Counted from the stretch's first letter, positions 1 through 11,689 are shown. The stretch is DNA of 64,000 bases from Azolla caroliniana (GCA_043228905.1 JBHGNT010000010.1:8308001-8372000), one strand, 5' to 3'. Notes: generated from the sequence alone by a model not told the origin. A program made the numbers and translations.

Positions 1-688
1 CGGCACCGGAATCGGTTTGAGATTCCACGGTACATGCGATACCGTGAAGATCACCATCGGTTCGACGATCGTCAGGTCCACGCACCCGATCTCCTCCGGC
101 GAGAACGCGAAGGCTTTCCCATGCCTTCCGAGCATTCTCCGAAACCTGTCCTCCTCCGCCGGCAGTAGAAAGCCACCCCGTAGTGTTATGTCGGTGAACC
201 GGTGCCCTATGCCAACTGGATTCCGTAAACTTGCGTCCGACGCGACCCCTTTTATCCGCTCCTCACTGCCCTCCGGCAAGGGTGTCGCGACTGGCCTTAC
301 CTTCCGGTCCACAATCTTGTACTTTGTATCCACGCGGGCCGTCCGATCCGACCCGATCTTTTCCCCGAAGTCCGCGATGACTTGGTACATTCCCATCGAA
401 CCAACCGGAACAGTCCGGTCTTCTCTAAGGTCTTCACCAATCACCTTTCGCAACTCGCCCAAGGTGTCATCAAAAGAGACCGCCTCCACGGCGCCGCTGA
501 TTTCTTCGTCGGGGGAGAGGACTCCGCATCCCCTGAGCCGCTCCTCCACTTGCTTCCTCTCTCGGCCACTAATGTTGGCTATAGTACAACCTCCGTTTCG
601 GAGAACCAAAACTTCCTACCTACTGTACATGTGTGGGGTTGTTCCGGTACGTCTGGACTACCGCAACCCCACGCCTTGATAGCCCTCT

Positions 689-2807
689 CTAAAAATCCCC
701 TCGGCTGTCGCCGCCGAGGGTCTCGCGATTCCTCTCATGGTTTGGACATACGGTCATGAATTGGACGGAATGCCGTCCGTCTTGGCTCTTGACGTGCGTG
801 TACGCCGAACCGTTGTCCAACACCTTCGTCTCCATGCGTGTTGCCGTAGTGTATGGTTCGCTGAGAATCACCGGGTGCGAGGATGTTTCCTGCACGAAGA
901 AATGTTGATCTATCTCGACGTCACCGATCACTCGGGCACATTCGGGCACGCACCATGCAACTCCTCCGTAGCACGCGTCGCCGCACGTATCTTCCACCCA
1001 TGCTTGGTGTTGATCGGCCATTTACCCTTCTTGTAGAAATCCATGGACATCAGGTTGATTTCGGATCCATAGTCTACCAAGGCCACCACCGGTTCCAGAA
1101 CGTCGCCGATCCGCACAGGGGTTTCCGTAGTTACCCTGGCCCAATGCGGCTTCGCGTAGTGGCTTTCCGCCAACTCGTCTTCTAGGGCCGTGTCTTCTAA
1201 GTGCGTAGTCCGCACCTCCCCCGGCTTCTCCGATTCCGGCTCCGTCGAGAGCCTGTTCCGTTTTACCAAGTCTACGATGGAGTCGTGGAAGTCCCTCTTG
1301 GCGATTCCCAACACCTCCCACAATGACATCTCCACTTTACTGTCGAGGATCCGCTCTTCAAGGACCTTCCGTAGGTCCATTGCTCTCTCGATTTCGGTGC
1401 TGAACCGAAACCCCGCCTGCTTCTTCCCATCCGGCGCGCCTGGGTTGCCGGCACCGGTCGGTTTCGGTCCGAACCGGGTCTCGTACCTCTCCGGGGGACC
1501 GACCCCTCCGACCTTTCCTACCCGTTTGTCTTCCACCAGAACCTCGTAGTTCTGGCAAGCGGCTTCTACGAAGCCCGTTTTCTCTTCAACTGGATCGTCC
1601 CATCCGGTGACCTCCTAGACCCGTTATTCCACGCGGTCTGCCTCTTCCTTCTTCAACCGAACTCCGGAGAGGCCTTCTAGCACTAGCGGCCAGAATCCGG
1701 AATCCTTCGCCTTCCGGGTCTCATCACCGCCGACACTGAGTAGTTAACGGCTTCTACATGTCGTGCCGCGGCCTCTTCCATCAACCTCTTCATTCCGCCG
1801 TGCCCCGTATTCAGTTCTAGGGCTCTCTGGGTCTCGCTCGCGTGCACCAGCCCATTCCAAAGGTACACCACGTTGGTCCTAAGTGCGTCGGTGAAATCCG
1901 CGCAATCCTTCCGAATGTGACCGATCGCGTCACACCACATGCACCGCTGCCCAGCCGGCGGCCTCCGATCGTGAGGTTGTTCGCCGCTGTCTCTCCGGGC
2001 CTGTGCAATCTGCAGGTCACGCACCATCTGTGTCAGCTCCTCTAGAGCCGCTCCTCCGGATGGGCCTTTGACCACGTCGTTCGATGCCGACCCCGACTCC
2101 AGCCAAATTCGGGTCTCTTCCTTCCTACCGACTGGCACCGATACCGGCTCCTCGAGCCTCCTCGCCGGGACTAGTCCTGACTCCGACGAGCTTTTGCCGC
2201 TCCACTCACGCCGCTTGTCGAAACGGCTGCAGACCCGTTTTACCACGTCCTAGTCTGCCGTGAGCCCTTCGTCTGTCTCCAATAGGGGACCCACCTTTTC
2301 CCTGTCGAGCGCGTCCACCGACTTGAATAATAGTAGTACTCGACTCGTGTTGAGCACGGTCCGATCCAACGTAGACAGCCGCGCAAATCATTTTTCGAAC
2401 TCCTGGAGGAGCGCCAACGTGTTCCTCCCCTTTCCGGGCCTTTGCACCCACGCCATGAAGTCCCGCCTCGACAGACGAAGCGAGTCATCAAACCCGTACT
2501 TCTCGAGGAGCTGCAGCTCGAACTCCTCCCAAGTCTGCCATCCGGTCAACACCTCGAGCACCTCCGCGTGGATGCTCAGCATCACCACCCGAGGGAATTT
2601 GGACAACCGCCTGTGCACCGGGATATCCCTCATGATCATTTCGGTTCAGTAAGCCGCCAAATAACTTGTGGGATTCTTCCCACCGAATCGGCCTATGCTG
2701 CCGATGATCGATTCAATGGCCCTGTCGAGGGTACCCGTCCCCTCGCGAGCGCTCACCAGCCGGTCGACGACTATCGCCATTGCCTCTGCTAACTCCGATC
2801 CCCTCAT
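689..2807 (-). pseudogene. gag-protease of gypsy copy 1 (stops at ~2646, ~2250, ~1683; frameshift ~935)
   Basis: ORF fragments 2388..2639, 1683..2246, 928..1536, 689..1021 colinear with gag-PR of copy 2 (31057-33249). Confidence 0.85.
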
Positions 2808-2829
2808 CTTCTGACTCCTTTGCCGCCTG

Positions 2830-2847
2830 TTCACGTCGGTTTCACCA
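2830..2847 (-). promoter_or_regulatory. Primer-binding site, tRNA-Trp
   Basis: TGGTGAAACCGACGTGAA; one mismatch to complement of plant tRNA-Trp 3' end (TTCACGTCGGGTTCACCA, recalled). Confidence 0.85.
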
Positions 2848-2851
2848 ATGA

Positions 2852-3471
2852 TGTCGCGATGTTTCGCGTTCGCGTGTAAGAAGAGGCGGGACCACGGGGG
2901 TCTTGGACCAAGGAGAGAGTGAGAGAGAGAGAGAGAGATGCAGATACACAGAAAGAAAACAAGAGCAAGAAAGAATCCGATTACTATTATCAGGAGCTTA
3001 CAACTCGAACAGTTACAACCGGCAACCTGGTAATGGACCTGACACGGGGTCCTACCCAGGCACATAGACGACAGCCACACGACTCGAAGAAACAACAAAA
3101 AGAAGAAGGGGGAGAGCCTCTGCTGGAAGCATTCGGGCTGTCCACGAAGCAGAGGCAGCGAACTCCCGACACCCCTAGAGAACGACGATCCGAGGAGAGA
3201 GAGCTCGGCACTTGGTTCTGCAGCAGCACCTCGTCCTCGCCAACGCGCGATCTGTTTTCTTCCTCTTCTCCCTCCTTAAATAGTTTATTCCCTGTCCCTT
3301 TCGACAGAGATACGCACAAATCCCCTAATAAATGTGTACTACCTAGTATTTACATCAGCCGACCTAATTATGAATCATGTACAAAATATCAATTCTCGCG
3401 TCCACCCATGTAAGAGCCGTTTCATGCGCCTTTTTCTCCGATTCCGCCTCTGGCCGGTTTTCTTCACGACA
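2852..3471 (-). repeat. 5' LTR of gypsy copy 1
   Basis: TG...CA with imperfect terminal inverted repeat, adjacent to PBS; outer flank 3472-3476 is copia RT. Confidence 0.85.
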
Positions 3472-6400
3472 CCGGATGGAGGTCATCTTTACTACCGGGG
3501 CAAATATCTCGTCGAAGTCTACGCCCTTCTTCTGGTAGAACCCCTTCACCACGATCCTGGCTTTGTATCTCGGGGGGTTGCCGACATCTCCCGGTTTCAA
3601 CTTGTACACCCACTTGTTTCGGAGTGCCCGCTTTCCTTTCGGCAACTCCACCAATTCGTACGTATGGTTCTCATGCAGGGAATCCATCTCATCCTGCATG
3701 GTATTTAACCATTTGCGGTTGTGGGTGTCATCCTTCGCTTCTTCGTAGTTTTCCGGCTCTCCCTCATCGGTCAGCAGCACATGCTCTGCATCCGGAAATC
3801 TCCGAGGGGCCCTTCTCTCTCTGAGAGGATATCTCTGTCTTTGGCCTTCAGCAACCGGCTCCACTATTTGTTCTTCATCTGAATCCGATTCGGGGTCTTG
3901 GCCGGTTCCGATTTCAGCTTCCTCTACTTCTTCTTCTGCCGGTTCGGTATCCTCACCGTAACCGACTGGTTCCTCGAGTGTCAACCAGCTCTTAGCCGGG
4001 TGTGTCCGAATCTCATCGGAGTTCATTATCTTCTTCTCCAACTCCCAGTTGGCAAGAGCCCTATCCTCCAAGAAGATAATATCTCGACTCCGGAAGGCCT
4101 TCTTGTTAACCGGATCCCACACTCGGTAGCCGAACTCATCATCGCCGTATTCGAGGAATATGCATGGCCGGGTCTTTGGATCCAACTTTCCTCTCCGGTC
4201 CTTAGCAACATGCACATACACGAGACACCCGAACACCATCAGATGCTGGTAGGACACTTCCTTACCGGTCCACACCTTCTGTGGTGTATCTCCATCCAAG
4301 GGTACTGAGGGTGATCTGTTTATCACATATGTCGCCGTCGACAGTGCCTCAGCCCAAAACTTCTTGGGTAGTTTTGCATGCGCTAGCATACTCCGGACCC
4401 TCTCCATTATGGTCCGGTTCATCCTCTCGGCCAGTCCGTTTAGTTCCGGCGTCTTTGGCACGGTAAATTCGAGCTGGATTCCCTTCGAGCGGCAGTACTC
4501 CTCGAACTGCCCCCGGTACTCTCCTCCGTTATCTGCTCGAACCGCCTTCAGCTTCCGGCCGGTTTCTCTTTCCACTCTCGCGTGGAGCTCTTTGAAGACT
4601 GATAACACCTGATCCTTCGTCTTCAGCGGTGTGGCCCACAGCTTCTGGCTGTGGTCATCTATGAACGTCACGAAGTACTGCGCTCCGGCATGTGACTTCG
4701 TGTCTACTTGACAAACATCCGTATGCACCAACTCCAGTGGTGCATTACGTCTCATCGGTGGCCTTGGTCGGAAGGAGGTCCGGTTCTGCTTACCGGCCAG
4801 ACAATCAGTGCACTTCTCTAAGTGCACGTTCTTACTGGAATGAGGTTGTCGTCTCCAAGCCTCTTCATCCCCTTCTCACTCATGTGACATAGCCTCTTGT
4901 GCCACAGCTCACCGGCAGTGTCGGAAGCCACGTTCACTTCTTCCGGACATAACCGGGCATTCATCAGGTACAATGTGTTTACCTTCCGGGCCCGAGCCAC
5001 AATCAGGCTCCCTTTGCTGAACTTCATGACACCGTTCCGGATGCTACCCGTGTAGCCTTCATCATCCAGCCGACCGGCTGATATCAGGTTCAGACGAACT
5101 TCCGGAACGTGTCGGACATCCTTTAACAGTAACTTTCATCCGGTTGGTGTTGTCAGCCACACGTCTCCTATGCCGACAATTCGGCATGTTCCTTCATTCC
5201 CCATCCGGACACAGCCGTGATCACCGGCTGAGTAGGATGAGAAGCATTTCCGGTCTGGGGTAAGGTGGAACGACGCTCCGGAGTCTACCACCCAGGTCAT
5301 CTCGTCGCCAGCATGGTTTATCTCACTGTCCTCGGTGATGAGCATGAACTCCTCTTCACTTGCCGCAATTGCCGTCGTTCCCTTCTGGTCCGGCCCCCTC
5401 TGGTCTTTACCGTTCCGGTCTGTACCGTTCCGGTTTGGGGTTTGCTTCGAATCGGTACCGTCGGTTTCCTTGTCTTTACGGAAATGCCGACAGTTCTTTT
5501 GGAAGTGTCCCGGCTTGCCGCAATAGAAGCAAGTAGGCCTCCCCCTTGACTTTGACCGTGTACCCGACTTCTCCCGGTTCTGGGGACTACGGTTTCTATG
5601 TCTTCCGCGTTCCGATTCGGTAAGGAGCGCTTTGGAGTCGGAGCTCGTATCTTTGTCTTTCCGACGAGCCTCCTCATCTAGCAAGCTCGACTTCACTCTT
5701 GCTAGGGATAACCGTTTTCCTTCCGGCCCGGCGTTGCCCAAAGTGACAACCAACGTCTCCCAGCTATCTGGGAGGGAACCGAGCAGGAGTAGCGCTAGAA
5801 CCTCATCGGCAAGAGGTACTTCCAAGGCAGCCCACAGGTTGCAAACTGTCACTATGTAGGAATATACAACAGTGAGTTCACTGAGGCAACGACCTCGTGA
5901 ACACAGATCTTCGCCACAGGCGGCGGTTACAACAGAGGCAACGACCTCGTCTCTCTCTCTCTCTCTCTCTGTACAGTTACGCGCTCTCACTTCTTCTTGC
6001 ACCAACAAGGAAGAGAAACAACAATAACTAAACGACACAACAACAGAACCTAAAAGTTTGCCCTAAGTCATATTTATACTAATATGACTTTTCGGCTATT
6101 TACAAATGTAGCCTCGATGGGCTCTTAGAAACATATTTACGAATATGTTTCTTCCTCCGGTTCATACCGGGCCTGCACCATCCGGCTCTCCGTAGTCGGG
6201 CACTCCCCATCCGGTTCATACCGGGCCTACACCATCCGGCTCTCCGCAGTCGGGCACTCCCCATCCGGTTCATACCGGGCCTACACCATCCGGCTCTCCG
6301 CAGTCGGGCACTCCCCATCCGGTTCATACCGGGCCTACACCATCCGGCTCTCCGCAGTCAGGCACTCCCCATCCGGTTCATACTGTTTCGGCCGAGGCCT

Positions 6401-6473
6401 GTCGGCCTCGGCCGAGTTTGTTCGTCGGCCCTGTTCTTCTCCTTTCCCATCCGGAGGGACCTGTCTCCCAACA
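3472..6473 (-). mobile_element. Ty1/copia (Tnt1/Tork-like) copy B: truncated 5' LTR fused to gag-PR-INT-RT
   Basis: LTR start TGTTGGGAGACAGGTCCCTCCGGATGGG at 6473; gag CCHC CFYCGKPGHFQKNC, PR WVVDSGASFH, LWHKRLCHMS, integrase (VHTDV, RADNGGEY, NGLAERMNRT), RT start KARIVVKG. Confidence 0.92.
6156..6383. repeat. 54-bp tandem array (4 units + partial) in U3 of copia B LTR
   Basis: TCCGGTTCATAC recurs at 6156, 6210, 6264, 6318, 6372. Confidence 0.95.
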
Positions 6474-7759
6474 GTATCCTTGTCTTTCCGATGCGCCTCT
6501 TCATCTAGCAAGCTCGACTTCACTCTTGCTAGGGATAACCGTTTCCCTTCCGGCCCGGCGTTGCCCAAAGTGACGACCAACGTCTCCCAGCTATCTGGGA
6601 GGGAACTGAGCAGGAGTAGTGCTAGTACCTCATCGGCGAGAGGTACTTCTAATGATGTTGCCTGGTGTATCAGCCCCTGGAAGGCATTCATGTGCTCCGC
6701 CATGCTAGAGCCATCTTGGTACCAGAGTCTCACTAGCTTTCGAAATACCGAAACTTGATTAACAACATTTTTGTTCTGAAACATAATGTCGATCTTCTCC
6801 CAGAGTTCATGAGCCTTGCTCTCTTCATTGAAGTTGTTGTATAGACTCATGTCGATGAAGCACCGTATGTATGCCGTTGTCTTCATGTGCATCACCTCCC
6901 ATATCGTGGCGTCGATTTTGTCCGGTTTCTTGTCCCCGAACTGAACCGGCAACCAAAGATCTTTAACCACGAGTATGTCCCTCATCTTCGACTTCCACAC
7001 CGAATAGTTGGAGCTGGTGAGCTTGAACATGCCTCCCAACGAGTCATCCATTTTTCTGTGTCGTTTCGCTCTGATACTAGTTTGAAAGGACTACACGCTC
7101 CCGAAAACAACGCTCGGCCACAACTGAGTCTAGGATCAAACACAAAAAAAACGGGTAATGTACGCACGACACAGTAAAGAGAATAGTACACAGGATGTTT
7201 ACGTGGAAAACCCAAACATGGGAAAAACCACGACAGTTCACAGACTGCAAACTATCACTATGTTACAATATACAATAGATGAACACAGAGGCAATGACCT
7301 CTTCTTCACTGCCTTCGCCATAGGTGGCAGTTACAACAGAGACAATGTCCTCTTCGTCTCTCACTCTCTCTTTGTACACGGTTGCACTCAAATCTTGCAC
7401 CAACAAGAATGACAACTACACTAAACTAAGTTTGCCCTAAGTCATATTTATACTAAAATGACTTTTCGGCTATTTACAAATATAGCCCCGATGGACTCTC
7501 AGAAACATATTTACGAATATGTCCCTTCATCCTGTGAGCGCTCCTCATCGGGCTTGCATCATCCGGCGCTTGCCGGGCACTCGTCATCTAGTTCTCACCT
7601 GGCCTTGACCATCCGGCTCTTGCCGGGCACTCGTCATCCGGTTCTCACCGGGCCTTCCTTGCCGGGTACTCGTCATCCGGTTCTCACCGGGTCTTCCGTT
7701 GCCGGGCTCATCAACACTGTTCTTCTCACTTCCCATCCGGAGGGACCTATTTCCTAACA
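6474..7759 (-). mobile_element. Ty1/copia (Tnt1/Tork-like) copy A: 5' LTR 7083-7759, Met-i PBS 7068-7079, gag N-terminus 6474-7051
   Basis: PBS TAGTATCAGAGC (degenerate TGGTATCAGAGC); gag MDDSLGGMFKLTSSNYSVWK... interrupted at RKDKDT| by copy B LTR. Confidence 0.9.
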
Positions 7760-9909
7760 TGAAGTCCTCTGCAGCCGACAAGAGAAGCTTGTGACAAAAC
7801 AGAGTTGATGTTGTTCTTCGTTTTTGTTCGGAAAAGAAAAAGACAGCAATATGGACAGAGGCATGGGAAGCTCGCTACCAACCGAGAAGCTTGACAGGAG
7901 CAACTACGCGTCTTGGTCGTACAAGATGCACCAGTACCTGCTTGGCTATGGCTACTGGAGTTATGTCGAAGGAGCTAATGATGTAGCACCTGATTCGACA
8001 CACAAGGATTTTCCGGCTTGGGAACAAGCAACAAGCAGAGTTCTCTACTGCTTTGCATCCTGTGTGAACAACCAACTATTGAGCTATAATTAGGATGCTA
8101 AGACGCCAAAGGACGCGTGGGCGAATCTCAAAACGATTTTCGCCGCAAGCACTACTGCCAGGAAGCTTCAATTCAGGCAAGAGTTGAGCAATGTACGACA
8201 ACGAGATATGTCGGTGGCTGACTACACCACCAAGATTAAAGAAATTTGCGACTCACTCGCCTCTGTCAACATGAAGGTCGAGGAGGACGAGATGGTGCAG
8301 GTTTGTCTTGGCGGGTTAACATCTAAGTTCAGAGCTTTCCGAACAGCGGTCTGCATGAGGGAGAATAAGCCTTCGTTTTTCGAGCTTCAGCCAATGTTGC
8401 TCGTGGAGGAAAACCATGCTGGTGCGTCGACGAGTGCGCACGCCGATGGCAAGATGCTCTACACGGAGGATGATAGGCTCCATGGTTGTGGTGGACGAGG
8501 CGGATCGACACGCAATGGAGGCGGCCGACAAGAGCAGAACAAGTGGCATAATCGATGTGTCGACAGTAGTTCTTGGTAGCGCCGGAAGCTGGCAAGAGAA
8601 GGCCGCATCGGAATGCTGGTATTGTGGCAAAAAACGGCACAAGGAGAGCCGGATCGAGCCGAAGAGACACAGAGAGGCGTCAGAGATCGCACTACGCAGA
8701 AGGCTCGGAATGAGCAAAAAACAAATCGGGCCCAGCCTTCGTTGTGAAGCATAAGGCCAATTCTATGGCCGTGAACACTTCGAAATCGAGCGAGGTGTGG
8801 TATGTTGATTCCGAAGCGTCAAATCATATGATGAGTCACGAGGAATGGTTCTCATACTTGGAGAAACCAGAGTCGCAAGGAGTGGTCGAAACGGGAGACG
8901 ACACTCCGCATACCAGTGAACATGTCAGAGAAGTTCCCCTCACCCACGTCGAGCAGAAAGGGAAACTCATGAACGTATTGCACATCCCGACAATAACCAA
9001 GAACCTTGTGTCGGTAGGACAGATCGTCGACCAAGGTATGCAAGTTCGATTCACGCATCTCGACTGCTTCATAGAAGAGGAAGGCAAAGTGATCGCACAA
9101 GGGCACCGTGAAGGGAGGATGTTTATCCTCGACACTAATCAAGCCGGCACTGCGTTGTACGCGAAAGGAAAAAAGTTTGAATCGGCCTGTGGCACAAGCG
9201 GTTCGGCCAAGTAAATTTCCCATGGCTTTGTGAAATGCAGACGAACAACATCGTGTTCGGATTGCCGAAATTTCGGGGCCGTAATGCCCAAGTCTGCGAA
9301 GCCTGTCAAATGGGAAAACAACACCGACTTCCATTCCCTAGTGAGCGTAATCGTAGTCAAAGTCCGCTAGATTTGCTCCATTCGGATGTGTGGGGATTGG
9401 CACAAAACGTGAGTCTTGATGGAAGCCGTTACTTTGTAACCTTCCTCGACGATTTCACTCAGCACATGTGGGTATGCACAATCGCGAAGAAGAGCGAAGT
9501 CTTCGCATGTTTCCTGAAGGTGAGGATCCTTGCGGAAAGGGAAACATGGCGTAAGACCAAATGCCTACAGTCTGATGGCGGGAAGGAGTATTTCTCCGAC
9601 CAGTTCACAAGTTATCTACAGAAGGAGGGAATTTGACGCGAATTCTCATGTAGATACACGCCACAACAGAAAGAATCAGACAATTGAAGAAGCGGTCAGG
9701 GCAATGCTTGAAGAGAAGCATATGCCGAAATTCTATTGGGCTAAAGCCGTGAAGATGACTGTCTACCTGCAGAATCAGGCTTCTGCTAATGGAGGAGTGT
9801 CGCCACATGAGCTGTATTTCGGAAAGAAGCCGAACTTGGCACACTTGAGAATTTTCGGCAGCATTGCGTATGTGCATGTGCCGAAGGAGAAAAGGAGGAA
9901 GCTGGATGC

Positions 9910-10542
9910 TGTGAAAGTGATTTTAGAATTCAAGGTATTGAAGTCTACAAGAATATAAGGTATGGTGCGTTCACATCCGGAGGGCAAGGTCACGAGCCAA
10001 GGTTTTGAGGATAAGTCAATTTAAAAGCAAGACATATGGAGAAAAGTAAAAGAAGAAAAAAGCGGGCCACCAAAACGCAGTCTGCAACAAACGCTCATAA
10101 CTCATTCTTTTTGAAGCTAAATTTAACGTGCAAATATGGGTTAGAAAGCTTGTGAAGAGAGCTATCCATAGATTTTTAAATCTCTAAATTTGGAGCTTGG
10201 ACGAGGGAGATATGACGATTTGAAGATCGTTGTGTCATAGATAAGAATAGGACTCGATGAAAACTCTAAAAAAAGCATAAAAAAGAAAGCAAGGGAAGCT
10301 TATCTAGGGGAAGAGAACTTTATATAAAGGAAGAAGAGCAAGGTGTTAGGGGAGTCTCTTTCTTGTGATGTTTTCTTGCCTATTCACGTAGTGTTGGTTG
10401 AGTTGTTTATCCTTGTAGACTTGGATTTATGTATCTTCTTTCTGTCTTCCTTCCATCATAATTATTCATTAGCAATAGATCTTTGTGGTTTTGGGTCTGT
10501 TTGTCTTCCTTATCTCTCCTTTCTATCATCTCTACCTCATCA
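9910..10542 (+). repeat. Solo LTR (same family as LTRs at 40034/42700)
   Basis: TG...CA, perfect 5-bp TSD GATGC (9905-9909 / 10543-10547), interrupts copia integrase at KLDA|KAKKCI. Confidence 0.95.
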
Positions 10543-11214
10543 GATGCCAAAGCCAAGAAATGTATCTTGGTTGGCTATTCAGACGAGCAGAAGGGGTATA
10601 AGTGCTATAACCCCAAACGAAGGAGTCCGCGTAAGCTGCGATGTCGTATTTGACGAGTTCACTTCGTGGTACTCGCCTTCTCCTCCAGAACCTCATGACT
10701 CCATTCCGATTTCTGAAGACGAAGTCAGCGAGGCTGAGATGCCTCCGCATGATGAGGAAATCGGAGCTCTGAGAGAGAGTCCGATCTCATTTTGACTTAG
10801 TGTGCCGAATGAGGGGTTGGGCCGAGATGACCAACCAAATGATGAGACGGTGAGTAGTGGAGACTCGGCCGTAATGTCCCCGCGTAAAGAACCGAGGAGA
10901 CGGTTTATGCGCAAGGAGAAGGGGAAGAAGAAGATGCCGGAATACGATTTTGGTAATGCCGAGTCAGTTCGAAGCAAATTTGACCTCGAGCCAGTTGAGA
11001 AGGAACCTCCACGAAAGAGGTCAAAATCGGCCAAAAAGGTCACGAAATCGGGTAATCACGAATTACGCCGATCTACCGGTTAGAAGAACCCTGTAAAGAG
11101 GTACAGGTATAATGAGTACATGGCGCACCATTACGCGTACATGACGCGAGTGGCGGAAGTGCGTGAGCCGGAGAGCTACGCAGAAGTGGCAGAAGACGCA
11201 AATTGGCGTGCCGC

Positions 11215-11500
11215 TGTCATAACTAGACTCGAACCCATAACCTTTTGTTACACGGGTCGAGACTTTACCATTAGGTTATGAATTGTAATTTGAAGGATAT
11301 TATTTTCATTTAGGTTTTATTGGGAAATTGATGTATATTCCAGATTTCTCTGGAACATTCTAGAAACTTCAGGAGTATTCCTGAAGACACTATAAAAGGA
11401 GGCGCAAGGCATTAGTTCGAACCAAATCGGTTCAACGCCAGTCTTAAGCCTTCTAACTACTGTTGTATATCTTCCTTCATATAATACATATATCTTTCGC

Positions 11501-11552
<52 letters not shown>

Positions 11553-11687
11553 TTACTCATTCCTTCTCTCAAAGTTCGACACCTCTCATAGTACTAATCC
11601 TTCTCTGTCTTAGTACTATTCCCCAACAATAGTACTAATCCTTCTTTTAGTACTAATTCCTTCTCTGCCTTAATAGAGTTCCTGACA
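11215..11687 (+). repeat. 5' LTR of chromovirus (TATA box at 11391)
   Basis: TGTCA...TGACA, TATAAAA 11391-11397, (TC)22. Confidence 0.97.
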
Positions 11688-11689
11688 GT

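Larger units (their letters stand above)
1..3471 (-). mobile_element. Ty3/gypsy LTR retrotransposon copy 1 (tRNA-Trp primed), 5' part; 3' part lies outside window
   Basis: 5' LTR 2852-3471 (TGTCGTG...CGCGACA), PBS 2830-2847, gag with CCHC-like knuckle (CMWCDAIGHIRKDC), protease ALVDYGSEINL, RT start (PMVIFTVSHVPWNLKPIPVP) at window edge; interrupts copia RT at VVKMTSIR|. Confidence 0.92.

Noticed and set aside
17-679. 220-aa plus-strand ORF and similar antisense ORFs throughout
   Set aside because: Shadow frames of GC-rich retroelement coding sequence; no motifs
6100-6327. ORF with 18-aa repeats; CRISPR-like periodicity
   Set aside because: Translation of a 54-bp LTR tandem array; units identical, no unique spacers, no cas genes
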